A DNA stretch of 35,028 nt, from positions 1-35,028 of the forward strand of contig JAULUX010000114.1 of NCBI GenBank assembly GCA_032111385.1. The letters run 5' to 3'. This document shows, one piece after another, positions 8,294 to 17,019 of the stretch (position 1 is the first letter of the stretch; each line of letters begins with the position of its first letter). A program made the translations under genes and the position numbers. The stretch comes from Bacteroidia bacterium. Its GTDB lineage: Bacteria; Bacteroidota; Bacteroidia; AKYH767-A; OLB10. A model generated the notes under the pieces. That model ran no database searches. It saw nothing but the letters and a program-made list of their open reading frames with translations, and was not told where the DNA came from.

Positions 8294-9772
8294 ATGATAA
8301 ACGCACCCGAAACCCCGGCCACACAACAGAACTACGAGAAGCAGTTAGGCGACTGGATCGAGCAGGAAAAAGCAGCCATCGAGCTGATTCATCTTACCGG
8401 TTCGCTCTGGTTCAATCAATCTGTCGAACTGATCCTGTTCAGGAATCAGCTTGTCGACCGAAGTGCCAGCCAGATCCTCAACCTGCACCAGTACGCTCGT
8501 GACATCGTGAAACGCCCCATTATTATCCAGGATACACTGGATATCGCCCGGGCTCTTTCTGCAATGGAATTGGCACCTTCCCGCATCGACATTGGCCGAC
8601 TGACGGCAGAATGGATCACGGACAAGGGCAACTATGAGAACTCGATCGACCGGTTCATCGGCGACAAGCTCTCCGGTTTTTTAGGAAAAGACCGTCGGAA
8701 AATGATCCCGCGCGATGTTGTTTTGTATGGTTTCGGTAGGATCGGCCGCATTCTTGCTCGTGAACTGGTGGCCCAGGCAGGCAAAGGCGAACAATTGCGT
8801 CTTCGTGCCATAGTCGTACGAAAGCGTTCTGCCGATGACCTGAGCAAAAGAGCTGAATTGTTGAGGAACGACTCGGTTCATGGACCTTTCCCGGGTACGG
8901 TGATCGAAGACCACGACAAGAGCGCGCTCATCGTGAACGGTCATACGATCTATGTGATCGATGCTAAAAATCCGGAAGATGTGGATTATGCCGCGTACGG
9001 AATCAACAATGCACTTTTGATCGACAACACCGGAGCATCACGCGACCGGGAGGGACTTAGTAAACATTTGTCAGCAAAAGGTATAGACAAGGTTCTCCTG
9101 ACTGCGCCCGGCAAAGGAGACATCCCGAACGTAGTGTACGGAGTGAATGAAAAGAGCCACAATGACGATGAGCGAATATTCTCAGCGGCCTCCTGTACGA
9201 CAAACGCCATCGTTCCTGTTTTGGATGTCATCGAAAAACAATTGGGCATCGAACGCGGTCACATTGAAACCATCCATTCCTACACCAACGATCAGAACCT
9301 TCTGGACAATTACCATAGCAAATACCGCCGTGGACGTTCCGCAGCGATGAACATGGTGATCACAGAGACAGGAGCTGACAAAGCGGTATCGAAAGTGATT
9401 CCTGCCCTGGAAGGAAAGCTCACCGGCAATGCAGTGCGCGTCCCGACCCCCGATGTTTCCCTGGCTATCCTTAACCTCACGGTGAAAAAGGAGGGAATCA
9501 CGAAAGAATCGGTGAACGAGATATTGAAAGATGCTGCTTTAAAGGGTAAACTGGTCGAACAGATCCAATACAGCTACTCGAATGAGCTCGTGTCGTCCGA
9601 CCTGATCGGAAATCCTTGTGCATCCATTGTCGATTCACCTGCTACGATCGTCTCCAAAGACAAGCGCAGCATGGTGCTTTATGTGTGGTATGATAACGAG
9701 TACGGGTATAGCCGTCAGGTGATCCGATTCGCCAAGTATCTGGCCGATGTCATCCGTTTGACCTACTACTGA
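8294..9772 (+). CDS. gap: Glyceraldehyde-3-phosphate dehydrogenase, long N-terminally extended form
   Basis: YGFGRIGR, SAASCTTN catalytic Cys, TIHSYTNDQ, AVRVPT and WYDNEYGY. About 140 aa N-terminal extension. Start taken as ATG 8294, downstream of the promoter (492 aa). Confidence 0.92.
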   Translation: MINAPETPATQQNYEKQLGDWIEQEKAAIELIHLTGSLWFNQSVELILFRNQLVDRSASQILNLHQYARDIVKRPIIIQDTLDIARALSAMELAPSRIDIGRLTAEWITDKGNYENSIDRFIGDKLSGFLGKDRRKMIPRDVVLYGFGRIGRILARELVAQAGKGEQLRLRAIVVRKRSADDLSKRAELLRNDSVHGPFPGTVIEDHDKSALIVNGHTIYVIDAKNPEDVDYAAYGINNALLIDNTGASRDREGLSKHLSAKGIDKVLLTAPGKGDIPNVVYGVNEKSHNDDERIFSAASCTTNAIVPVLDVIEKQLGIERGHIETIHSYTNDQNLLDNYHSKYRRGRSAAMNMVITETGADKAVSKVIPALEGKLTGNAVRVPTPDVSLAILNLTVKKEGITKESVNEILKDAALKGKLVEQIQYSYSNELVSSDLIGNPCASIVDSPATIVSKDKRSMVLYVWYDNEYGYSRQVIRFAKYLADVIRLTYY

Positions 9773-9792
9773 TAGCGATCGTACTGAATAAG

Positions 9793-9824
9793 AAAAGGGG
9801 GCTTCCAACCGGATGCCCCCTTTT
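9793..9824. terminator. Bidirectional intrinsic terminator between convergent gap and sigma paralog 1
   Basis: AAAAGGGGGC...GCCCCCTTTT stem with A and T tails on either side. Confidence 0.8.
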
Positions 9825-9845
9825 GATTGTTCGGATAATTTTATT

Positions 9846-10712
9846 TCAGTCGCCCAGAAACGCCTTGAGCACGAGATTGAAATTCCTGCCGCGCAAACGT
9901 CGAAGTGCTTTCTCCTTGATTTGCCTGACCCGTTCCCGGGTGAGATTGAATTTCATGCCGATTTCCTCAAGGGTATAGGGTTGATTGTCTCCGATGCCGA
10001 AGAAGAGAATCAGCACTTCACGCTCTCTTTCTGAAAGGCCGTGCAAGGAGCGCTCTACTTCCTGCTTCAACGATTCATTGATGAGGTTCATGTCGGTGCG
10101 CGGGGTGTCCGTGCTCTCCATCACATCAAGTAGAGTGGAGTCCTCGCCGTGAGCGAATGGAGCGTCTACGGATACATGTTTCAAGGAGACTTTCAAGGCA
10201 TCACTCACCTTGTCGATGGGCATATCGGTGACCGCTGCTACCTCATCGGCAGTCGGTTCCCGTTCGAATTCCTGCTCCAGCTTGCTGAAGGCCTTGGTGA
10301 TCCTGCTAAGCGATCCGATCTGGTTCATCGGTAATCGGACAATACGGGCTTGTTCTGCGATGGATTGTAAAATACTCTGACGGATCCACCACACAGCATA
10401 GGAGATGAATTTGAATCCGCGGGTTTCGTCGAAACGCTTAGCCGCCTTGATCAGCCCCAGGTTTCCTTCGTTGATCAGGTCGGGAAGGCTCAACCCCTGG
10501 TTCTGGTATTGCTTGGCCACGGAAACCACAAACCTCAGGTTCGACTTAGTAAGTTTGTCGAGAGCCTTTTGGTCTCCGGCCTTGATCAGCCTGGCCAGTC
10601 GTGCTTCCTCATCTGCGGTGATCATGGGTTCCTTGGAAATATCGGCAAGGTATTTCTCCAGGGATGCACTTTCCCGATTGGTGATGGAACGGGTGATTTT
10701 GAGCTGGCGCAT
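9846..10712 (-). CDS. RNA polymerase sigma-70 factor, Bacteroidota primary (RpoD/SigA) type, paralog 1
   Basis: 288 aa. MRQLKIT start, region 2 [12 protein letters not shown]...[19 protein letters not shown], region 4 TLEEIG...[13 protein letters not shown]. Confidence 0.93.
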   Translation of the reverse strand: MRQLKITRSITNRESASLEKYLADISKEPMITADEEARLARLIKAGDQKALDKLTKSNLRFVVSVAKQYQNQGLSLPDLINEGNLGLIKAAKRFDETRGFKFISYAVWWIRQSILQSIAEQARIVRLPMNQIGSLSRITKAFSKLEQEFEREPTADEVAAVTDMPIDKVSDALKVSLKHVSVDAPFAHGEDSTLLDVMESTDTPRTDMNLINESLKQEVERSLHGLSEREREVLILFFGIGDNQPYTLEEIGMKFNLTRERVRQIKEKALRRLRGRNFNLVLKAFLGD

Positions 10713-10820
10713 TCGGTGGTAGGTTTAGGTTTAGGTCGGTTTGGCAGGTTCAAGTTATTAAATTAAAGCCATCACACCAAGAAATAAATAGTTATTCACC
10801 AAAATCCCGTGTTTGTTAAT

Positions 10821-10846
10821 AAAAAAGTGGCCCCATTTGGGGCCAC
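10821..10846 (-). terminator. Intrinsic terminator after degP
   Basis: Minus strand GTGGCCCCA-AA-TGGGGCCAC followed by T6. Confidence 0.8.
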
Positions 10847-10880
10847 CGGTCAGAAAGTTCTTCGGTTTCAGTTCCTGAAC

Positions 10881-12326
10881 CTACATGCCAAAACCATAGA
10901 ATGCCTTCATGCCGTTCGGGTAGATGCCTTCGATAAGGACGCCGCCTTGTTTACTGTCCAGGTAGGAAATGACCTCTGTAGAATTTTTTACAGGTTTATT
11001 GTCGATGGCCGTGATGATAAAGCCGTCTTTCAGTCCGGCATTTTTCAATTTACCGGGACGCAATTCCTTCACCTTTACACCCGAATTGAGCCTCAATTTG
11101 TCCAATTCGACATCTGATGCGTTTTCGAGTGTAGCGCCCAGCAAACTGGCCGTTTCGTTTCGTTTTACAGCGGTCGTCCCTTCCTTGTTCCTCAAGGTCA
11201 CGTTGAACAGTTTTTCATCGCCTTTCCGGATGACGGATACCTGAATACGGTCTCCAGGGCGATGCCTTCCCACCTGCTCCTGTAACTCCGGAGACGATTT
11301 AACAGGTGCGCCATTGATCGCGGTGATGACATCTCCCTCACGTATGCCGGCACTTTCCGCAGCTCCATCTTCGGTGAGGCCGTTCACGTAAACCCCCTGA
11401 AGTGTACGCAGGTCCTTCTCCTTTGCAAATTCGGCATCCACATCCCGAATACTCACGCCGATGAAGCCCCGTTGTACTGTGCCGAACTCGATCAGGTCGT
11501 CAACCACCTTGCGAACCATGTTCACGGGAATGGCGAAAGAATAACCGGAATAGGAACCGGTGTTCGATGCGATGGCAGTATTGATGCCGATCAATTCGCC
11601 CCTGGAATTCACCAAAGCCCCTCCCGAATTGCCCGGGTTGACCGCTGCGTCGGTTTGTATGAATGATTCGATTGGGAACCGCTGGTTGGGCAGTATGTTT
11701 ATGTTTCTGGCTTTTGCGCTGACGATTCCGGCGGTCACGGTCGATGTCAGATTGAATGGGTTTCCAACTGCTAAAACCCATTCGCCGACACGTACCTCGT
11801 CTGAATTCCCCCAATCGATATGGGGAAGCTTTTCTGCTTCCACTTTCAGTAAAGCCAGATCCGTAGAGGGGTCGATACCCACGACGCGTGCTTTGTATGT
11901 CTGCTTGTCGTCGAGGGTCACCGTGACTTCGTCGGCGTTTTCTATGACGTGGTTATTGGTCACGATGTATCCATCTTCCGAAAGAATCACACCGCTGCCG
12001 GCTGATTGTTGTTGCGGAGCGGACTGGGGCGACGGCTGTCCCCAAAAGAAAGAAAAGGGGTCAAAGAATGGATTGGCCATTCCCGACGTGCGGGAAATTG
12101 TTGTTTTTACGTGAACAACGGTAGTGACTGCCCGCTCAGCGGGAGCGGTGAAATCGACCGGAGGAGCGGATGGCCCCGCGTACAGTACTTGTTTGACCGG
12201 ATTTTTGTGGTCATATCCATCCAGATTGGAGAAGCTGGGGGATGAGGGGAGCGCCCATTGGTATAGGGAAGCTCCTGCAAAACCGCCGAGAATGGTCAGC
12301 GAAACGAAAAGGATGTGTTTGCGCAT
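10881..12326 (-). CDS. degP: Do/HtrA-family serine endoprotease with two PDZ domains
   Basis: TNNHV (His), DLAL (Asp), IQTDAAVNPGNSGG (Ser), an N-terminal membrane anchor and two PDZ-like domains. Confidence 0.93.
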   Translation of the reverse strand: MRKHILFVSLTILGGFAGASLYQWALPSSPSFSNLDGYDHKNPVKQVLYAGPSAPPVDFTAPAERAVTTVVHVKTTISRTSGMANPFFDPFSFFWGQPSPQSAPQQQSAGSGVILSEDGYIVTNNHVIENADEVTVTLDDKQTYKARVVGIDPSTDLALLKVEAEKLPHIDWGNSDEVRVGEWVLAVGNPFNLTSTVTAGIVSAKARNINILPNQRFPIESFIQTDAAVNPGNSGGALVNSRGELIGINTAIASNTGSYSGYSFAIPVNMVRKVVDDLIEFGTVQRGFIGVSIRDVDAEFAKEKDLRTLQGVYVNGLTEDGAAESAGIREGDVITAINGAPVKSSPELQEQVGRHRPGDRIQVSVIRKGDEKLFNVTLRNKEGTTAVKRNETASLLGATLENASDVELDKLRLNSGVKVKELRPGKLKNAGLKDGFIITAIDNKPVKNSTEVISYLDSKQGGVLIEGIYPNGMKAFYGFGM

Positions 12327-12381
12327 GGCTTTTGTTTTTTTTGTTGGTGAATATCAGTCAACATATATACGTCAGACCTGT

Positions 12382-12389
12382 CAAAATTA
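12382..12389 (-). promoter_or_regulatory. Possible -7 element (TAATTTTG) of degP
   Basis: TAnnTTTG match 55 nt upstream of the ATG. Confidence 0.45.
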
Positions 12390-12500
12390 TTTTCGAGGAA
12401 ATGAAAGCCGTGTGAATTTAACTCGATTTAACAAGTTGAAGTGCTTTTGATTGCATCCCGGAAATGGCTTTAGTCGAGGAGGATAAACAACCATATTTGC

Positions 12501-12508
12501 TACTTTTA
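12501..12508 (+). promoter_or_regulatory. Near-consensus -7 element (TACTTTTA) 4 nt before the dapF GTG
   Basis: TACTTTTA-CGGG-GTG, the same spacing as at copA. Confidence 0.5.
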
Positions 12509-12512
12509 CGGG

Positions 12513-13295
12513 GTGCGGATTCCATTCGTAAAATACCAGGGCGCCGGAAATGACTTCGTGATTTTCGACGCTTGGAAAGAAGCTGTCGAACTTTCCGGGG
12601 CTACGATAGCCATGTTGTGCGATCGCCACTTTGGCATCGGTGCAGATGGGTTGATGCTCATCAGGAAGATGAACGGTTTTGATTTCGAAATGGTGTATTA
12701 CAACTCGGACGGAAAAACCGGAAGCATGTGCGGTAACGGTGGACGTTGTCTGGTCGACTTTGCCGTGGTTTCCGGGTTGGTGAAAGGTCCCAACATTCGT
12801 TTCCTGGCCAGTGACGGACCCCACGAAGCGGTGGTGTTGGGGCCCGGATCGATCCGCTTGCGGATGATTGATGTGGATGAAATCGCCCTAGTAGATGATG
12901 GGTATCTGATCAACACCGGATCGCCTCATTTTATTCACTGTGTCGACGAACTTCATGGCTTCGACGTTACCGCCGAAGGCCGGAAGACCAGATTCAGCGA
13001 ACGATTCAAAGACGACGGGGTCAATGTGAATTTCATGGAATGGAAAGATGGTCTTTTGCATGTGCGTACTTACGAGCGCGGTGTTGAAGCGGAGACTTTG
13101 AGTTGTGGAACCGGTGTCACCGCTGCCGCTTTGCTGGCACACCGTCTCGGGGTCACTGGCGGGCGGACGACATGTGGTGTTTCCACACAAGGCGGATTGC
13201 TCAATGTCAGTTTTGATTCGGTAGGTGATGGTTTTCGAAACGTCTGGCTGGAAGGTCCGGCTACATTTGTTTTCAAAGGAGAAATTGAATTATGA
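12513..13295 (+). CDS. dapF: Diaminopimelate epimerase
   Basis: KYQGAGNDF, DRHFGIGADG, MCGNGGRC, TGSPH and RTYERGVEAETLSCGTG. Confidence 0.96.
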   Translation: MRIPFVKYQGAGNDFVIFDAWKEAVELSGATIAMLCDRHFGIGADGLMLIRKMNGFDFEMVYYNSDGKTGSMCGNGGRCLVDFAVVSGLVKGPNIRFLASDGPHEAVVLGPGSIRLRMIDVDEIALVDDGYLINTGSPHFIHCVDELHGFDVTAEGRKTRFSERFKDDGVNVNFMEWKDGLLHVRTYERGVEAETLSCGTGVTAAALLAHRLGVTGGRTTCGVSTQGGLLNVSFDSVGDGFRNVWLEGPATFVFKGEIEL

Positions 13296-13837
13296 TTCGT
13301 GGTAACAGTATCATTTTGCGCGCATTGGAACCGCAGGACGTGGATCTGATGATGATTTTCGAGAACGACCAGGAGATATGGCAAGTCAGCGGCACGCTCT
13401 CTCCATACGCAAGGTATACGCTTGAGCAGTATTATGCGAACGCAACCCAGGATATTTATGCCACCAGGCAAATGAGGTTGGCCATTGAAACCATTACAGA
13501 GGTTCCCGGAGCCGGGTTGACCATTGGGTATGTTGATGTGTTCGATTTCGATCCTCAGAACCGACGGGCGGGAGTGGGCATCCTCATCGGGGAACCGTCG
13601 CAGCGCCGAAAGGGATATGCCTCCGAGGCATTGAAGCTTATGATCAGGCACTGCTTCACCGTGCTGAATCTTCATCAGTTGTATTGTCATATTAACAATA
13701 TGAACGAACCCAGCCTTAAGCTCTTTTCCAAGGTCGGTTTTAAACCGTGCGGTGTTTTGCGCGATTGGATTGTTTATGATGGAGAATGGCATAACGTCAC
13801 CTTTTTTCAATTGATCAGGCCACAGCCAATCCTTTGA
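13292..13837 (+). CDS. GNAT N-acetyltransferase, RimJ/RimL/SpeG-like
   Basis: LRALE start, RRKGYASEAL acetyl-CoA motif and N-x-x-S-x-x-L-F-x-K-x-GF. ATGA overlap with dapF. Confidence 0.85.
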   Translation: MIRGNSIILRALEPQDVDLMMIFENDQEIWQVSGTLSPYARYTLEQYYANATQDIYATRQMRLAIETITEVPGAGLTIGYVDVFDFDPQNRRAGVGILIGEPSQRRKGYASEALKLMIRHCFTVLNLHQLYCHINNMNEPSLKLFSKVGFKPCGVLRDWIVYDGEWHNVTFFQLIRPQPIL

Positions 13838-15897
13838 TAGAAAAGCGCATGGTGCACCGCTTTGGAATCGTCTTGCTGGTAGCCATATCCGCCTTTCTGA
13901 ACTGGGTCTGCGGTACCAGGACAGCTTTAGATCCGGAGCAGATCGCACGTTCCCGAACGAGTTATGCCGGTTTGTCCGACACGGCACGCTATGTCGGAAT
14001 GAATACCTGCATGGGTTGTCATTCCGGAATCCACGAGACTTTCCGGCATACCGGAATGGGCATGTCCTTCGACCGCGCAACCACTGTAAAAAGCGCCGCG
14101 GAATTCAATGCGGGTTCGACAGTATATGACAAACAAAAGGATCTGTTCTATCATCCTTTCTGGAAAGACGATTCCCTCTTTTTTTCCGAATTCCGGTTGA
14201 ATGGAAAGGATACCATTCATCAGCGCAGGGAGCACGTTGCCTATGTTGTAGGGTCGGGACAGCATACAAACTCGCACATCCTTGACAGGAATGGATATCT
14301 GTTCCAGGCGCCACTAACTTATTATACCCAGAAAGGCAAGTGGGATCTTCCACCGGGATTTGAGCAAGGCAATAACTCAAGGTTCAACCGTTCCATCGGT
14401 TTGGAGTGCATGAGTTGCCACAATGCCTATCCGGAGTTTGTCGTCGGATCGTCGAACAAGTACAATCTGGTTCCTTCAGGAATTGATTGCGAACGCTGTC
14501 ACGGACCCGGAAGCATCCACGTTCGGGAGAAATCGATGGGGATCTTGATCGATACGGCGAAGGCGATCGATTATTCAATTGTGAATCCCGCTAAATTACC
14601 CATCGACTTGCAGTTCGATGTTTGTCAACGTTGTCATGTCCAGGGGAATGCAGTCCTAAGGGAGGGAAAGTCCTTTCTTGATTTCAAGCCGGGTATGCGT
14701 CTGTCCGAAGTGATGAATATCTACATGCCTGTATATGATGACGACGGAGAGCAGCACATCATGGCTTCGCATGCAGAACGTCTCAAAATGAGCAAGTGTT
14801 TTATCGAGAGCGCGCCTTCCTCAAGATCCGAATCGGAAGCCTTGCGGCCCTATAAGAATGCTCTAACCTGTATTACCTGCCATAACCCTCACGTCTCCGT
14901 GAAAAAAAGCGGCCGGAATCTTTTTAACGCGGCATGTATGGATTGCCATGGCAAAAAAGTAAAAAGTCTTTGTACGGAGAAGAGTGTATTGCGTACGAAA
15001 TCGAGTGATGATTGCGTTTCGTGTCATATGCCACTTCATGGAACCGTTGATATTCCGCACGTCAGTGTGCACGATCATAGGATCGGCATTCACCGGATGG
15101 ATGCCGGTGATGAGTCGGGTGCCATTCGCAAGCTGAAAGGGATCATTTGTGTGCATGATTCCGATCCCCCACGGGAATCGACCGGAGAAGCCTATGTCAA
15201 TTACGTTGAAAAATTCGGTTTTTCAATTTCACTTCTTGATTCTGCCCTGAAATACATCCCTCACCATACCAAGGATGAAAAGCGGAAACAATTCCATTCA
15301 CTCGTTCGGATTGCTTTTTTAAAGAGGGATGTCCAGTCGTTAAATCAGCTGTTGAGTGAACTTCCTGATATTCGGAAAGGTCTGAATAGAATGGATCCTG
15401 AAAACAGGGATGCCTGGACTTCCTACCGTATCGGGGAATTGTTACTGGTCGATGGAACGACCAATCCGGGCAAAGGCGACGCGCGAGATCCCCTGCCCTG
15501 GTTTGAAAACGCCTATAAACTAGCTCCGCTTGATCCCGCTTTTGCCAACAAGTACGCTACTTTATTAGTCAATGCCGGTCGACCGAATGAAGCCGGGAAA
15601 ATTTGGGAGTTCATGGTCAAGGAACATCCGAATTATGCACCCGGTTTTTGCAATCTCGGCTACCTCGTCTTGCAAAGGGACCGGAATACAGTACGAGCGC
15701 ATCAATTGATCGATCGGTCCATCGCTCTTGATCCTGACTACGAGCAATCGTATATGAACAAAGCTGCTGTTTGTATTCAGGAAGGCGATTTGATTGAAGC
15801 GGAGCGGTTGTTGAATGTGGTGATGGTAAAGAATCCCCGACAAGAACAAGCCCGTCGTGCACTGGCAGCTATCCGGTCTGAAAGGAAATTGAGATGA
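13834..15897 (+). CDS. Multiheme cytochrome c (7 CxxCH) with C-terminal TPR-like repeats, exported and possibly a lipoprotein
   Basis: CxxCH codons start at 14008, 14407, 14488, 14623, 14869, 14935 and 15013. Hydrophobic N-terminus followed by Cys (FLNWVC). TPR-like helices (AYKLAPLD, HPNYAPGFCNLG, SIALDPDY). Start is TTG 13834 (TTGA overlap) or ATG 13849. Confidence 0.85.
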   Translation: MIEKRMVHRFGIVLLVAISAFLNWVCGTRTALDPEQIARSRTSYAGLSDTARYVGMNTCMGCHSGIHETFRHTGMGMSFDRATTVKSAAEFNAGSTVYDKQKDLFYHPFWKDDSLFFSEFRLNGKDTIHQRREHVAYVVGSGQHTNSHILDRNGYLFQAPLTYYTQKGKWDLPPGFEQGNNSRFNRSIGLECMSCHNAYPEFVVGSSNKYNLVPSGIDCERCHGPGSIHVREKSMGILIDTAKAIDYSIVNPAKLPIDLQFDVCQRCHVQGNAVLREGKSFLDFKPGMRLSEVMNIYMPVYDDDGEQHIMASHAERLKMSKCFIESAPSSRSESEALRPYKNALTCITCHNPHVSVKKSGRNLFNAACMDCHGKKVKSLCTEKSVLRTKSSDDCVSCHMPLHGTVDIPHVSVHDHRIGIHRMDAGDESGAIRKLKGIICVHDSDPPRESTGEAYVNYVEKFGFSISLLDSALKYIPHHTKDEKRKQFHSLVRIAFLKRDVQSLNQLLSELPDIRKGLNRMDPENRDAWTSYRIGELLLVDGTTNPGKGDARDPLPWFENAYKLAPLDPAFANKYATLLVNAGRPNEAGKIWEFMVKEHPNYAPGFCNLGYLVLQRDRNTVRAHQLIDRSIALDPDYEQSYMNKAAVCIQEGDLIEAERLLNVVMVKNPRQEQARRALAAIRSERKLR

Positions 15898-16961
15898 GTA
15901 AGACGAAAAATAGAAAATCTGGTTCGGGTGTCGCAAAAAAGACAATCTTGGGGTTGGCTGCGCTTTTCGCAGTGTCCATGCTTTTTTACGGCATCGTGCT
16001 TTACAAAAGACTGTTCACCCCCAATACTGCACCTCTTCAAGACAAGTCCTATGTATTGATTCCTACCGGTTCCGGTTTTCCTGAGGTTGTCCAAATACTT
16101 GAGGATGGGGGATACATCAAGGATGTAAAGAGTTTTGAATGGACAGCGAAGCAGATGAACTATCCTGAACGGATCATGCCGGGACGCTACAAGATCAAAT
16201 CGGGTATGGGGAACCGGGAGCTGGTATCCTTGCTCCGATCCGGAAAACAAGACCCGGTCAGGGTTGTTGTGCGTAACCACAGGACGATTTTCGAATTGGC
16301 GGGATCGGTAAGTAAGAAAATTGAAGCTGACTCAGCCTCAATCGCGTTCCTGCTCAGGGACCGGTATTATCTTGAACAGAACGGCATACGCCCGGATGCA
16401 GTTCTGGGCATGTTCATCCCCAACACCTACGAATATTTTTGGAACACCTCTGCTGAACAATTTTTCAAACGGATGTTGGGTGAGTCGAAGAAGTTCTGGA
16501 CCGAGACCAGGCGGGCAAAAGCAAAGGCGTTAGGGTTGACGGAAATGCAGGCCGTTATCATCGCCTCGATAGTGGAGAAGGAGACCAACAGGAACGATGA
16601 GAAGGCCAGGATTGCAGGTGTTTATCTGAACCGTTTCAGGAAAGGATGGAAGCTGGAAGCCGATCCAACATTGGTTTATGCAACCGGTGATTTCAGTATC
16701 CGTAGGGTGCTCGACATCCACAAGGAGATCGACTCTCCATACAATACGTATTTGTACACCGGGTTGCCACCCGGACCGATTTGCATCCCGTCCATTTCGT
16801 CGATAGATGCAGTATTGAACGCTGAGAAACATGATTTCATGTTCTTTTGCGCCCGCGCTGATTTTTCCGGATACCATTCTTTCGCAAAGACCTATCAGCA
16901 ACACCTTGTGAATGCCAGGCTTTTTCAGAAGGAGTTGAATAAACGCGGGATACGGTCTTAG
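15894..16961 (+). CDS. mltG: Endolytic peptidoglycan transglycosylase MltG (YceG family)
   Basis: N-terminal TM, ASIVEKET catalytic Glu, LEADPT and SPYNTY...GLPPGPI. ATGA overlap with the upstream gene. Confidence 0.95.
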   Translation: MSKTKNRKSGSGVAKKTILGLAALFAVSMLFYGIVLYKRLFTPNTAPLQDKSYVLIPTGSGFPEVVQILEDGGYIKDVKSFEWTAKQMNYPERIMPGRYKIKSGMGNRELVSLLRSGKQDPVRVVVRNHRTIFELAGSVSKKIEADSASIAFLLRDRYYLEQNGIRPDAVLGMFIPNTYEYFWNTSAEQFFKRMLGESKKFWTETRRAKAKALGLTEMQAVIIASIVEKETNRNDEKARIAGVYLNRFRKGWKLEADPTLVYATGDFSIRRVLDIHKEIDSPYNTYLYTGLPPGPICIPSISSIDAVLNAEKHDFMFFCARADFSGYHSFAKTYQQHLVNARLFQKELNKRGIRS

Positions 16962-17005
16962 GAGCTGCTCGCTTCTTTCAAGTGTGTTTTTCACTGCTGA
17001 ATCGG

Positions 17006-17013
17006 TACCTTTG
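17006..17013 (+). promoter_or_regulatory. -7 element (TACCTTTG) 6 nt before ATG 17020
   Basis: TACCTTTG-TCTCCT-ATG. Confidence 0.6.
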
Positions 17014-17019
17014 TCTCCT

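Noticed and set aside
10720-10736. TAGGTT short tandem repeat in the leader of sigma paralog 1
   Set aside because: Under three units, and it resembles the A/C-rich leaders common in Bacteroidota. Too short to suggest phase variation.
12103-12118. Possible parS (GTTTTTACGTGAACAA), and a half site TGTTCCACG at 27556-27564
   Set aside because: The first has about five mismatches to the 16-bp parS palindrome and the second is only half a site. Both lie inside coding sequence.
13070-14080. 336-aa minus-strand ORF, plus other long shadow ORFs (2627..3253, 30774..31568, 31743..32456, 32892..33638, 34400..34864)
   Set aside because: They lie antisense or out of frame to well-supported genes and show no recognisable motifs.
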